Shown piece by piece: positions 10,579 through 19,240 of a stretch of 64,000 bases of DNA (positions within the stretch are counted from its first letter, which is position 1; each line of letters begins with the position of its first letter). Source of the DNA: Candidatus Woesebacteria bacterium UBA5941 (lineage in GTDB: Bacteria > Patescibacteriota > Microgenomatia > UBA8517); assembly GCA_002430735.1 (NCBI GenBank), contig DJCV01000003.1, positions 21,142 to 85,141 on the forward strand, in the 5' to 3' direction. The notes below the pieces were generated by a model, which saw only the letters and a list, made by a program, of their open reading frames with translations, made no database searches and was not told where the DNA came from. Both the position numbers and the translations under genes were made by a program.

Positions 10579-11477
10579 GCGTTATTGTGCCATCTTTCAA
10601 CTGTTTCTGCCACTTTTGTTTTGCAAAGAGGGTCTGTTATATCGACCCACTGGACCAGTGATTCTTTTTTAAACCAGGTTAACTGGCGTTTTACGTACTG
10701 CATTTCAGAAAGTGTCCATTGACGAATCAATTCTTCCTTTGTTATTTCTTTCTGAATGAACGCACGCATTTCTTTATATCCGGTTGCAGTGAAAGCTTGA
10801 CTTGAAAAGTCGTTCTTTTGAGAAAGCAGGGATTGTACCTCTTCTTCAAATCCGTCAGAAATTCTTCGTAAGACAGCAGCATAAATTCTTGATTCAAGTA
10901 CCTCTTTTGGGGCAGAGAGGCCGATAACAAGTGGGTCATATCCTATGGAATCTGACTGAGGGACTGATCCAAATTCCGAGATTTCAATTGCGCGTATGAG
11001 TCGTGCGGGGTTTTTTCTATCAGATTCATTGAGCGCAAGCGCTTTTTTCTTATTACTCCGCATAAGTCGTACAAGCAAATCATTTACAGACAGTACGGAT
11101 AGCACTTTTCTGAGTGCTTCATTCTGGGGAATTGATGCTGTTTCAATAGGATGGAGTAGCGATCTCACGTAAAAACCCGTGCCGCCTACAACTATTGGAA
11201 GCTTCTGGTTCTGTATGATTTCTGCAATTTTCTTAGTCGCGAATGAGTGAAAGTGCGAAACAGAAAAGGATTCGTCAGGCGAAACAAGATCATACCCATG
11301 AATCGCAATTTCAGAAGAGTACAGTTTTCCTGTTCCAATATCCATACCACGGTAGACTTGCCTTGAATCTGCAGAGATTAGTTCTCCATTAAATGTTTTT
11401 GCAAGATCGATGGCGAGTGCACTTTTTCCAGTTGCTGTCGGACCGACTATAAATAGTACTTTATTTTTTAAGCTCAT
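10575..11477 (-). CDS. miaA: tRNA dimethylallyltransferase
   Basis: GPTATGKS, SADSRQVYRGMDIGTGK, VGGTGFY, KRQLTWF. Confidence 0.95.
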   Translation of the reverse strand: MSLKNKVLFIVGPTATGKSALAIDLAKTFNGELISADSRQVYRGMDIGTGKLYSSEIAIHGYDLVSPDESFSVSHFHSFATKKIAEIIQNQKLPIVVGGTGFYVRSLLHPIETASIPQNEALRKVLSVLSVNDLLVRLMRSNKKKALALNESDRKNPARLIRAIEISEFGSVPQSDSIGYDPLVIGLSAPKEVLESRIYAAVLRRISDGFEEEVQSLLSQKNDFSSQAFTATGYKEMRAFIQKEITKEELIRQWTLSEMQYVKRQLTWFKKESLVQWVDITDPLCKTKVAETVERWHNNA

Positions 11478-12114
11478 CGATAAAAAGATCTAGCGCTTTT
11501 TTGCGTTCTAAAAACATATGCTTTTCACCTATAGTGTTTAAAATCGCTACTGATTTTTGAGCAGCTTTCAAAGCTTCCTTTGTGTCACCTTTTTGTTTAC
11601 AGAGCTTTGCTAAGTCAAAGTATGCACTCGAGAGAAAAAAGGTGTCAGAACTTTTGGAGAGTTCTTCTATTCCTTGGAGTATTTTGCTTAATGCAGCATT
11701 TAATATCCCTCGCTCCGCGTAGACATTTCCAAGTTTCACATATGAAATTCCTAAATGCCCCGCATTTCCTACTTCAGTCAGAATGGAAATGCTTTCTTTC
11801 AAAAGCATCTCAGCACCATGGAAGTTCCGTTGCTTGAGTGCAACCAGTCCTCTATCTCGCAACACAAAGGCAGTAAACTCCTCGTTATCTTGATCCTCAA
11901 ACTCCTTTTGTGCAGTGAATAATGATTTATTCGCTGCTTCGTAATCTTTCTTTTGATACTGTGCAACTCCGATCATATGCAATGATTCACTGGCAGTTAG
12001 GTGATCATTGGATTGCAAAGCTTCAGTTCTGGCTCTTTGATATGTATCAATCGCTTCATCAATTTGCCCGTTATCGCGGAGTTTTTGTGCTTCTTGGAAT
12101 AAAGGGGAGTTCAT
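11461..12114 (-). CDS. TPR-repeat protein
   Basis: Repeated helical A/G/L/Y TPR-like units. Confidence 0.7.
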   Translation of the reverse strand: MNSPLFQEAQKLRDNGQIDEAIDTYQRARTEALQSNDHLTASESLHMIGVAQYQKKDYEAANKSLFTAQKEFEDQDNEEFTAFVLRDRGLVALKQRNFHGAEMLLKESISILTEVGNAGHLGISYVKLGNVYAERGILNAALSKILQGIEELSKSSDTFFLSSAYFDLAKLCKQKGDTKEALKAAQKSVAILNTIGEKHMFLERKKALDLFIDELKK

Positions 12115-12812
12115 TGCAAAGAAATGGTCTTAGCCAATTTTTCCCATTGTGCCTTTCGGAGTATTAATTCATTATTCCCGTCAATAATTGTCTTTGCTTT
12201 TTCCAAGTGTTTTTTTGCAGCTTCAGGATCACTGTCTTTCAGAAGGAGAGCGAGATTCATATATCCACCCGAAACCCATACATCTTTGTTATATTTCCAT
12301 TCATCACTTGATTCCAATTCAGCTAATAGGCTTAGGACTTTCGGAATACCAGTGGTGTCACCATTTTTATACGCACAAATAGTTGCTCGTATTTTCATAT
12401 CCAACAATACTGCAGGCCTGTTATGTGCCTCTGGGGGATTTTTTTCAAATGTCTCTATCGCCGCAGTATACGAATGCAGGGCATCTCCAAACTCTGACAA
12501 CTCTTCTTGTACTTGTGCGAGACGTAATAGCGGCATAACCAGAGCACTTGGGTGATTGCCATTACGCGCAACTTCTACTCCAGCCATTGCTTCATGCCGG
12601 GCAATAATAAGAAAGGTCCGATCACCTGTTTTTTCAAATAAATGCCTCAGAGTAATTGATCGAGAAGCGAGAATATCTGTTATTCCTTCAACATTGTTTT
12701 CTTTTTGATATTCAAGAAGCGTTTGGTCAGTCCATTGTAATGCCTCCAAAAAGTCACCATGTTCACGACTACTTTCAGCTTTGCCGTGAGAATCGCGGCC
12801 AGGGGTATTCAT
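12111..12812 (-). CDS. TPR-like helical repeat protein
   Basis: All-helical TPR-like pattern; 4-nt overlap with next TPR gene. Confidence 0.6.
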   Translation of the reverse strand: MNTPGRDSHGKAESSREHGDFLEALQWTDQTLLEYQKENNVEGITDILASRSITLRHLFEKTGDRTFLIIARHEAMAGVEVARNGNHPSALVMPLLRLAQVQEELSEFGDALHSYTAAIETFEKNPPEAHNRPAVLLDMKIRATICAYKNGDTTGIPKVLSLLAELESSDEWKYNKDVWVSGGYMNLALLLKDSDPEAAKKHLEKAKTIIDGNNELILRKAQWEKLAKTISLQ

Positions 12813-12828
12813 ACTATATTATATAAAA

Positions 12829-13104
12829 TTAACGCAAGACTTGTTTTTTGAGCTTTTTGCCGGGAGTGAAACGAGGAGCTCTGTGGGTTTTAATAGTAAC
12901 GTACTTTTCTGTGTTTGGGATTTTAACAGTCTTTCCTTTCATGGAGATAACTCTAAATGTTCCGAATCCTGAGAGAACTACCTTCTCTCCTTTTCCGAGT
13001 GTTCGTCCGATTTCAGATAGAAGCACTTCCACAGCTTCTTCTGCCGCGCGTTTCGTTAAGTGTGCCTTCTTCGCAACGACATCAATAATCTGTTTCTTTG
13101 TCAT
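12829..13104 (-). CDS. hup: HU family DNA-binding protein
   Basis: MTKKQII, VVLSGFGTF, PRFTPGKKLK. Confidence 0.88.
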   Translation of the reverse strand: MTKKQIIDVVAKKAHLTKRAAEEAVEVLLSEIGRTLGKGEKVVLSGFGTFRVISMKGKTVKIPNTEKYVTIKTHRAPRFTPGKKLKKQVLR

Positions 13105-13149
13105 ACCCAAGAGTAACGTTGTTTGAAGAAAAAGTCAACAATGTGGGGT

Positions 13150-14328
13150 TTAGTGTGCAGCGGTTGTTGCAGAAGCCCGTGTTTCTCGCAAAATCGTGAC
13201 CTTGATTTGTCCTGCATACTCAGCTTCCTTCTCAAGACGCTTCGCAATGTCTCGAGCGAGCACAACTAAGCTATCATCATCAACTTCATCAGGATTTACA
13301 ATAACGCGTACATCTCGTCCTGCTTGGAATGCAATCGCACTCGTTACCCCTGGGAAACTTGCTGAAATATCTTCAATGTTGCTCATTCTCTTGATGTAAT
13401 TTTCATGAGGTTCATATCGAGCACCAGGTCGTGAGCCAGAAATTGCATCCGCTACCCATACGAGCACTGACTCGATAGAAGAGAATGGCTTGTCTTCATG
13501 GTGTTCAGCAATAATATTTACCACTTTCTTTGGAAGACCAAAGCGCTTTGCTACTTCGACTCCTTTTTGAATATGGGTTCCTTCATCATCAGTTACCACT
13601 TTTCCAATGTCATGCATCAGTCCACCCAAACGGACAACTTCGACTTCAGCACCAAGTTCTCGAGCAATTGCCATAGCAATCTTTGTTTCTTCAATAGTGT
13701 GAAGTGCGAGATTTTGACCATAACTTGTTCTGAATTTAAACTTACCGATCATTCGAATAAGCTCAATTGGAAGGTTATATTCTCCTACTTCCTCAACGAT
13801 TTTCTTTCCTTCTTCAAGTAAGACATCGTCCATTCCTTTTCTCACTTCATCAACAACTTCCTCAATTCGAGAAGGTTGAATTCGAGTATCTTTAACCAAG
13901 ATTTCAAGTGCGCGTCGCGCAATTTCTCGGCGAATTGCGTCAAAACTACTTACTCTAATTTCTGTTGTTTCGTCTAATTCAATTTCAACTTGCGCAGCTC
14001 TTTCAAACGCACGAATGTTTCGTCCTTCACGACCAATAATTCGACCTTTTGTTTCTTCGTTTGGAACACTTACGGTTGAGATTGTATATTCTGCAGTGTA
14101 ATTAGTTGCACCGTGCTTCATCGCATCAGACAAAATTTCCCGTGCTTTGGCTTGTGCCTCAAGTTTTACACGCTCTTCAGCATTTCGAATACGTTTTGCA
14201 ACTTCGCTCGTTAAATCTTTCTGAAGTTCATCAAGAAGTTCTCGTTTTGCATCTTCGCGAGAAAGGTTCGCTGCTTTCTCAAGCTTTGCCAACAGTTCCT
14301 CATGCAATTGATCATTTGTTTTAGCCAT
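13150..14328 (-). CDS. rny: Ribonuclease Y (KH + HD), no N-terminal membrane anchor
   Basis: KGRIIGREGRNIR, RTSYGQN, HDIGK, ADAISGSRPGAR, FQAGRDVRV. Confidence 0.92.
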   Translation of the reverse strand: MAKTNDQLHEELLAKLEKAANLSREDAKRELLDELQKDLTSEVAKRIRNAEERVKLEAQAKAREILSDAMKHGATNYTAEYTISTVSVPNEETKGRIIGREGRNIRAFERAAQVEIELDETTEIRVSSFDAIRREIARRALEILVKDTRIQPSRIEEVVDEVRKGMDDVLLEEGKKIVEEVGEYNLPIELIRMIGKFKFRTSYGQNLALHTIEETKIAMAIARELGAEVEVVRLGGLMHDIGKVVTDDEGTHIQKGVEVAKRFGLPKKVVNIIAEHHEDKPFSSIESVLVWVADAISGSRPGARYEPHENYIKRMSNIEDISASFPGVTSAIAFQAGRDVRVIVNPDEVDDDSLVVLARDIAKRLEKEAEYAGQIKVTILRETRASATTAAH

Positions 14329-14433
14329 ATATCTATAAATTGGAGAAGAGAAAAAGTCAGCTTTTATAAAGCAAGTACTATCGTTTTGAGCTGACGAGTA
14401 GCATTCATCATCTTCACTCCTATGGGTATTGTA
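14329..14433 (-). promoter_or_regulatory. rny promoter and structured leader with 15-codon uORF and terminator-like hairpin
   Basis: TACAAT 14428-14433; GGAG then ATG 14411..TAA 14364; GTCAGCT/AGCTGAC stem followed by T-run. Confidence 0.5.
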
Positions 14434-14452
14434 GCCGAAGCGACGAAATGAG

Positions 14453-14902
14453 TCAATTATCCACGTTCATGGCCTTTTTTATAGTGTCTCCGCTAAAGCC
14501 CTGTCTCATTAAATACTCAAATACTTTCCGCTTATATTCTGCTTTATCTAACGCTTTCCATCTCCAGTCCTTAGATGAAATGAGTCTTTGTGCATGCATT
14601 ACTTCGTCTACTTCAACTGATTGAAGTGCTTTTTCTGCAGTCTGCTTATCAATTCCTTTCTTCCGTAGTTCTAGGCGAAGAACACGGATGGAACGGGGCT
14701 TCATAAGATTTCTTGTCCTAATAAAAGCACAGGCATATTCATAATCGTTCACAAGTTTCATGTCAATCAATTTTTTGACCGCTTCTCTTTGTAAATCTTC
14801 AGGTACTTCACGACGAGTCATCCATTCGTATAATTGGTGTTCGGTATACGGCCTTCGCCCAAGGAGTCTGTACAATGCGGAGAGGACATTTTTTATGTCC
14901 AT
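14453..14902 (-). CDS. recX: Regulatory protein RecX
   Basis: Downstream of recA; LVNDYEYA, ELRKKGI, YLMRQGFS. Confidence 0.85.
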   Translation of the reverse strand: MDIKNVLSALYRLLGRRPYTEHQLYEWMTRREVPEDLQREAVKKLIDMKLVNDYEYACAFIRTRNLMKPRSIRVLRLELRKKGIDKQTAEKALQSVEVDEVMHAQRLISSKDWRWKALDKAEYKRKVFEYLMRQGFSGDTIKKAMNVDN

Positions 14903-14906
14903 GAAG

Positions 14907-16004
14907 TTATTCTTCTTCTAGCGTATCTTCAGAAACTTCTTCTCCTAATTCTTTCGGAAGCTTCTGTCCAGTGTTCATTGTTTCTCGAATTTTGTTTTCA
15001 ATATCAGTTGCCAGCTTCTTTTCTTCGCGTAATGCGGATTTTGCACCTTCTCGCCCTTGAGCTAATACTTTTCCATTGTAGTTAAAGAATGATCCGCTCT
15101 TTGTAATAATTCCCAAATTCACTCCGACATCTAAAATACCACCAACCTTTGAGATACCTTCATCATTCATGATGTCAAATTCCGCAACACGAAGTGGTGG
15201 TGCTACTTTGTTTTTCACAATACGCGCACGATGTCTCGAACCGATAATAAGTTCCCCATCTTTGATGCTCTCAATCTTGCGAATATCAATTCGTACAGAG
15301 GCATAAAACTTTAATGCAAGACCACCTGGGGTAGTTTCTGGATTTCCAAACATAACACCAATTTTCTGACGCAATTGATTGGTGAAGATCAGAATTGTTT
15401 TTGACTTTGAAATTGCGCCTGTTAATTTTCGTAATGCTTGGCTCATAAGGCGTGCCTGGAGTCCCATAACCGCATCTCCCATTTCCCCTTCAAGCTCAGC
15501 TCTCGGAACAAGTGCGGCAACAGAGTCTACAACGATGACATCCAATGCTCCTGATCTAATTAACGTTTCAGTAATTTCTAATGCCTGCTCTCCAGTATCT
15601 GGTTGGCTCATAAGAAGATCATCAAGGTTCACTCCAATCGCTTCAGCTCGTTTTGGGTCAAGAGCGTGCTCAGCATCAATAAAAGCACATTGTCCGCCGC
15701 GCTTCTGGGCTTCTGCGATGACATGGAGAGAAAGGGTGGTTTTTCCAGAAGCTTCAGGTCCGTAGATTTCAATAATACGACCGCAAGGAAGCCCCCCAAC
15801 GCCTAATGCGAGATCGAGTGCAATAGATCCTGTTGGGACAACAGAGACTTGGCCACTAGCATTTGATCGCTCACCGAGACGCATAATCGACCCACGTCCA
15901 TATTGTTTCTCAATTTGATCCATCGCCATTTTAATAGCGGAGAGACGAGCGGCTGAATTTTCCTCCCGATGTGGTGCTTGTGTTTCGGCTTTCTTTGCGG
16001 CCAT
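14907..16004 (-). CDS. recA: Recombinase RecA
   Basis: [37 protein letters not shown]; likely start 16004. Confidence 0.97.
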   Translation of the reverse strand: MAAKKAETQAPHREENSAARLSAIKMAMDQIEKQYGRGSIMRLGERSNASGQVSVVPTGSIALDLALGVGGLPCGRIIEIYGPEASGKTTLSLHVIAEAQKRGGQCAFIDAEHALDPKRAEAIGVNLDDLLMSQPDTGEQALEITETLIRSGALDVIVVDSVAALVPRAELEGEMGDAVMGLQARLMSQALRKLTGAISKSKTILIFTNQLRQKIGVMFGNPETTPGGLALKFYASVRIDIRKIESIKDGELIIGSRHRARIVKNKVAPPLRVAEFDIMNDEGISKVGGILDVGVNLGIITKSGSFFNYNGKVLAQGREGAKSALREEKKLATDIENKIRETMNTGQKLPKELGEEVSEDTLEEE

Positions 16005-16043
16005 GTCTACACTTGTAACATATGGTTTTGTACAATACAAGAT

Positions 16044-16640
16044 ATGCAATTATGGAATTTTAGTTCCCCTGAACTCGTAACAGCTCTTAAAGGCGGAAAG
16101 ATCGGGATTCTCCCAACTGACACCATTTACGGGATCCATGCATCTGCTCTTGATCCTAACGCAATTGAGAAGATGTATGAGATTCGACTGAGAGACACCA
16201 ATAAACCGTTTATTGTATTAATCGATAATCCTCACGAAGTTTCTCGTTTCAGTGTTTCGCTTACAACCATACAACAAACCATTACATCAACTCTCTGGAA
16301 TCTAGGCGTAAGTATTATTCTTCCAGTGAAGGATCAAAGATTTTCATATCTTACAAGGCAAACAGGAGGAATTGCCTTTCGAGTTCCCAAAAAAGAACCG
16401 CTTGTAACACTTCTTCAGAAAACAGGACCGCTCGTCTCAACCAGCGTTAATAAGCAAGGCGAAAAACCCAGTGAAACAATTGAAGAAGCATTATTAGCGT
16501 TTGATAACGAGTTAGACTTTGCTGTAGACGAGGGAGTAAAACGAGGAGAACCATCAACCGTCGTGATACTAAAGGACAAGGGCGTTTCAATTGTCAGACA
16601 AGGGAACGTTCGTATTCCTAGTGAATATCTAACGATTTAA
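16044..16640 (+). CDS. tsaC: Threonylcarbamoyl-AMP synthase (Sua5/YrdC)
   Basis: [23 protein letters not shown]; start at ATG 16044. Confidence 0.88.
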   Translation: MQLWNFSSPELVTALKGGKIGILPTDTIYGIHASALDPNAIEKMYEIRLRDTNKPFIVLIDNPHEVSRFSVSLTTIQQTITSTLWNLGVSIILPVKDQRFSYLTRQTGGIAFRVPKKEPLVTLLQKTGPLVSTSVNKQGEKPSETIEEALLAFDNELDFAVDEGVKRGEPSTVVILKDKGVSIVRQGNVRIPSEYLTI

Positions 16641-16651
16641 ATTTCATTTTC

Positions 16652-16725
16652 CGGGGTATAGTTTAACGGCAGAATGGGCGCATGGGGTGCGTCCGGTCCA
16701 GGTTCAATTCCTGGTACCCCGACCA
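16652..16725 (+). tRNA. tRNA-Pro(GGG)
   Basis: Acceptor CGGGGTA/TACCCCG + ACCA; anticodon arm GGCGC-ATGGGGT-GCGTC; T-loop TTCAATT. Confidence 0.93.
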
Positions 16726-16755
16726 ACGTATTGCACACAATATCAATTAGAAGGA

Positions 16756-16797
16756 CCAAGAAACCCCGACCAGCGGTCGAGGATTCAAGTTTCTTGG
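16756..16797. terminator. Hairpin between tRNA-Pro and the convergent small ORF
   Basis: CCAAGAAAC...GTTTCTTGG inverted repeat enclosing an inner CGACC/GGTCG stem. Confidence 0.5.
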
Positions 16798-16807
16798 CTG
16801 AAAAATA

Positions 16808-17014
16808 TTATTCTTCAGGTACGTTCAAACTATCGTACACGTCTTTACTCACAAACTTTGTTAAATTTGTACCGTCTACGTTAGCTCGTACGGCAAAACG
16901 AACCTGGGTGCTCCCAGATTTTGTCGTCTTCTCATACTTCTTTCGTTTTACTTGAGAGGTTGGCACTGTTACAAAGTCACGGGTCTTGACGTTATAAAAC
17001 TTTACTTCGTTCAT
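16808..17014 (-). CDS. Small basic beta-rich protein (68 aa), CC1/DUF5679-like candidate nucleic-acid binder
   Basis: Strong G-rich SD (GGAGG) before ATG 17014; MNEVKFYNVKTR...RFAVRA...GTNLTKFVSKD. Confidence 0.7.
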   Translation of the reverse strand: MNEVKFYNVKTRDFVTVPTSQVKRKKYEKTTKSGSTQVRFAVRANVDGTNLTKFVSKDVYDSLNVPEE

Positions 17015-17109
17015 AGTGTGCTCACCCCCTCCATAAGTAGCTTCAAAATACGCGAGCGTCAGCGAGCTTGTCAAGGAGGAGCTAAGAAGCGTAATATGAA
17101 TTCAGACAT

Positions 17110-17619
17110 ATGAAAAAGAAAAAAGAGACCGAAATCTTCATGAGAAACTTCATTTTTGGGGTAGAAGACAGTTTAGTCTCAACTGTCGGTCTTTTATCGG
17201 GAATTGCAGTAGCTGGCGTAACAAAAACTGATATTTTCTTAACAGGCGTAGTTCTGGTATTCGTTGAAGCATTTTCAATGGGAGTCGGAAGCTTTTTGTC
17301 AGAAGACACAACTGAGGATACAAAAACGAAGGCAAACATCAAGATGGCTTCAATCGGTGGAGCACTTATTATGTTTATGTCCTACATTTGTGCAGGACTT
17401 ATTCCACTTGCACCCTATCTCATGTTTAGCACGACAGAAGCATTTGTTATCTCTATTGCGTTCTCACTCGTTGCCCTCTTTTTCCTTGGTGCTGTAAGTG
17501 CATACCAATATAAGCGCTCTATGGTAAAACTCGGGATCCGAATGTTAGTCATGGGCGGACTCGCGATTTTAGTTGGTATCGGAGTGGGCAATCTGGTGCC
17601 TCTTATATCAATCCACTAA
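17110..17619 (+). CDS. VIT1/CCC1 family metal transporter
   Basis: FIFGVEDSLVST, EAFSMGVGSFLSE, GLIPLAPY. Confidence 0.85.
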   Translation: MKKKKETEIFMRNFIFGVEDSLVSTVGLLSGIAVAGVTKTDIFLTGVVLVFVEAFSMGVGSFLSEDTTEDTKTKANIKMASIGGALIMFMSYICAGLIPLAPYLMFSTTEAFVISIAFSLVALFFLGAVSAYQYKRSMVKLGIRMLVMGGLAILVGIGVGNLVPLISIH

Positions 17620-17655
17620 ATTGACAACTTCGCATTAGCTGGTAGTCTTTCATAG

Positions 17656-19239
17656 ATGAAATTTATTAGAGAACATCGTGTATTGTTTGTTATTTTTCTC
17701 CTTGCGCTTATTCTTCGCGTAATATTTCTCGAAAAAGCTCCCGTTGGTTTTCATGCAGACGAAGTGCGAATTGCGTGGAACAGCTATTCAATCGCCGAAA
17801 CAGGGGCCGATGATTGGGGGAACCGATTCCCTCTCTACTACAATACCTTCGGAGACTTTCGTCCGATGGGTATTTTTTATACAACGATCCCTTCTATTCT
17901 TTTGTTTGGTTTAAATATCTTTGCAGTACGACTGCCTGGGGCGCTCTTCGGGGCACTGACTGTTTTCCCTATCTACTTCTTTGTAAAACAGCTCAATAAA
18001 AAGGATGAGGTAACTGCGCTGTTTGCGTCATTCTTCATTGCGTTCATTCCCTGGCATTGGATGGTGAGTCGCGCAACCAGTGAAGGTATTATCAGCCTTT
18101 TTTTTACAGTGTGTGGATTGGTCTTTTTCTTGTGGGGATATTCAAAGGGAAAGCACTACTTCACCTGGTCTGTCATTTCAATGATTGTAAGTGCTCTTTT
18201 TTATCACTCAATTCGTCCGCTCTCAGTGCCATTTCTCTTGACGATTCTCGTTTTTCAATGGATGCAGAGATCGACCGTTCCCCGACGAGCAGTGATTGCC
18301 ATTACTGCACTTACCTGTTTCACAATAGTTCTCTTATTGGGAAAGGGCTCTCTGAGCCGGTTCAGTCAAGTCTCGGTGTTAGCAGCAAAGCAAACGGATG
18401 AGGTGCTTGGCGCGCACACGCAAATCCCGTCTTATCCAGTTTTAGTGCGAGATTCGTATACAGAATATTTTAGTGCGCCATTTATTATTGGTGATGACGC
18501 CAAGCCGTTTCGATATCGAATATTTGGTATTGGAATCGTGGGAGTTGCACTCACGGCATTTTTCCTCGCAGGATTTGTCTCAATTGCCAAAGGTCACAAT
18601 TCAGCACTCCCTCTCTGGTTATTACTAATCGCTCCATTGTCTGCAGCAATAACATTTGAAGATTCTCCAAACTTACATCGATCTCTCCTCATGATTCCCT
18701 TTGTCGTCATAGTCGCTGCATACGGAGCACGGCATTTACTTACTCAATCAACCACTCAAAAAATAATTGGATTACTCATCCTCTGTTATTTTTGTGGGAC
18801 GACAACGAGTTCTATTATTACGTACTTTGGTCCAGCAAAGAACGATATCGCCTCATTTCGAAACTATGGCGCACAGGAAGTTATACAAAAGATACAAACA
18901 ACAGGAGAGCGCTATGACCACATTGTGCTTACGAATCAACCAGACAGCTTATACCCGTGGTATGGATTTCTTGCGAAGCCAGATGCTCGGATGTTTAACA
19001 GCGCTGCGCATACTCGAGCTGAAGGGTCGTGGAGGTACGAACACATTACCTTTGCTCAAAACAGTTGCCCTTCGGCAGATGCGCTGTCAGAAAAAAGCGA
19101 CCTTCGAGGAAATATCCTTGTTGTCGATGGACCGTTTTGTGAAAGTAGCGGGATTCAAATTGCACATCCAACAGCAAAACGCAGTCACATAGAGTTGGAT
19201 AACACCGTATTTTTCACGCTGTGGGAAATGCGCAAATAA
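17656..19239 (+). CDS. GT-C glycosyltransferase (GT39/ArnT-like)
   Basis: GFHADE after TM1, FAVRLPGALFG, many TM segments. Confidence 0.8.
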   Translation: MKFIREHRVLFVIFLLALILRVIFLEKAPVGFHADEVRIAWNSYSIAETGADDWGNRFPLYYNTFGDFRPMGIFYTTIPSILLFGLNIFAVRLPGALFGALTVFPIYFFVKQLNKKDEVTALFASFFIAFIPWHWMVSRATSEGIISLFFTVCGLVFFLWGYSKGKHYFTWSVISMIVSALFYHSIRPLSVPFLLTILVFQWMQRSTVPRRAVIAITALTCFTIVLLLGKGSLSRFSQVSVLAAKQTDEVLGAHTQIPSYPVLVRDSYTEYFSAPFIIGDDAKPFRYRIFGIGIVGVALTAFFLAGFVSIAKGHNSALPLWLLLIAPLSAAITFEDSPNLHRSLLMIPFVVIVAAYGARHLLTQSTTQKIIGLLILCYFCGTTTSSIITYFGPAKNDIASFRNYGAQEVIQKIQTTGERYDHIVLTNQPDSLYPWYGFLAKPDARMFNSAAHTRAEGSWRYEHITFAQNSCPSADALSEKSDLRGNILVVDGPFCESSGIQIAHPTAKRSHIELDNTVFFTLWEMRK

Positions 19240-19240
19240 G

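Noticed and set aside
16005-16043. LexA/SOS box between recA and tsaC
   Set aside because: Only short palindromes (CATATG, TTGTACAA); no match to GAAC-N4-GTTC or CTGT-N8-ACAG.
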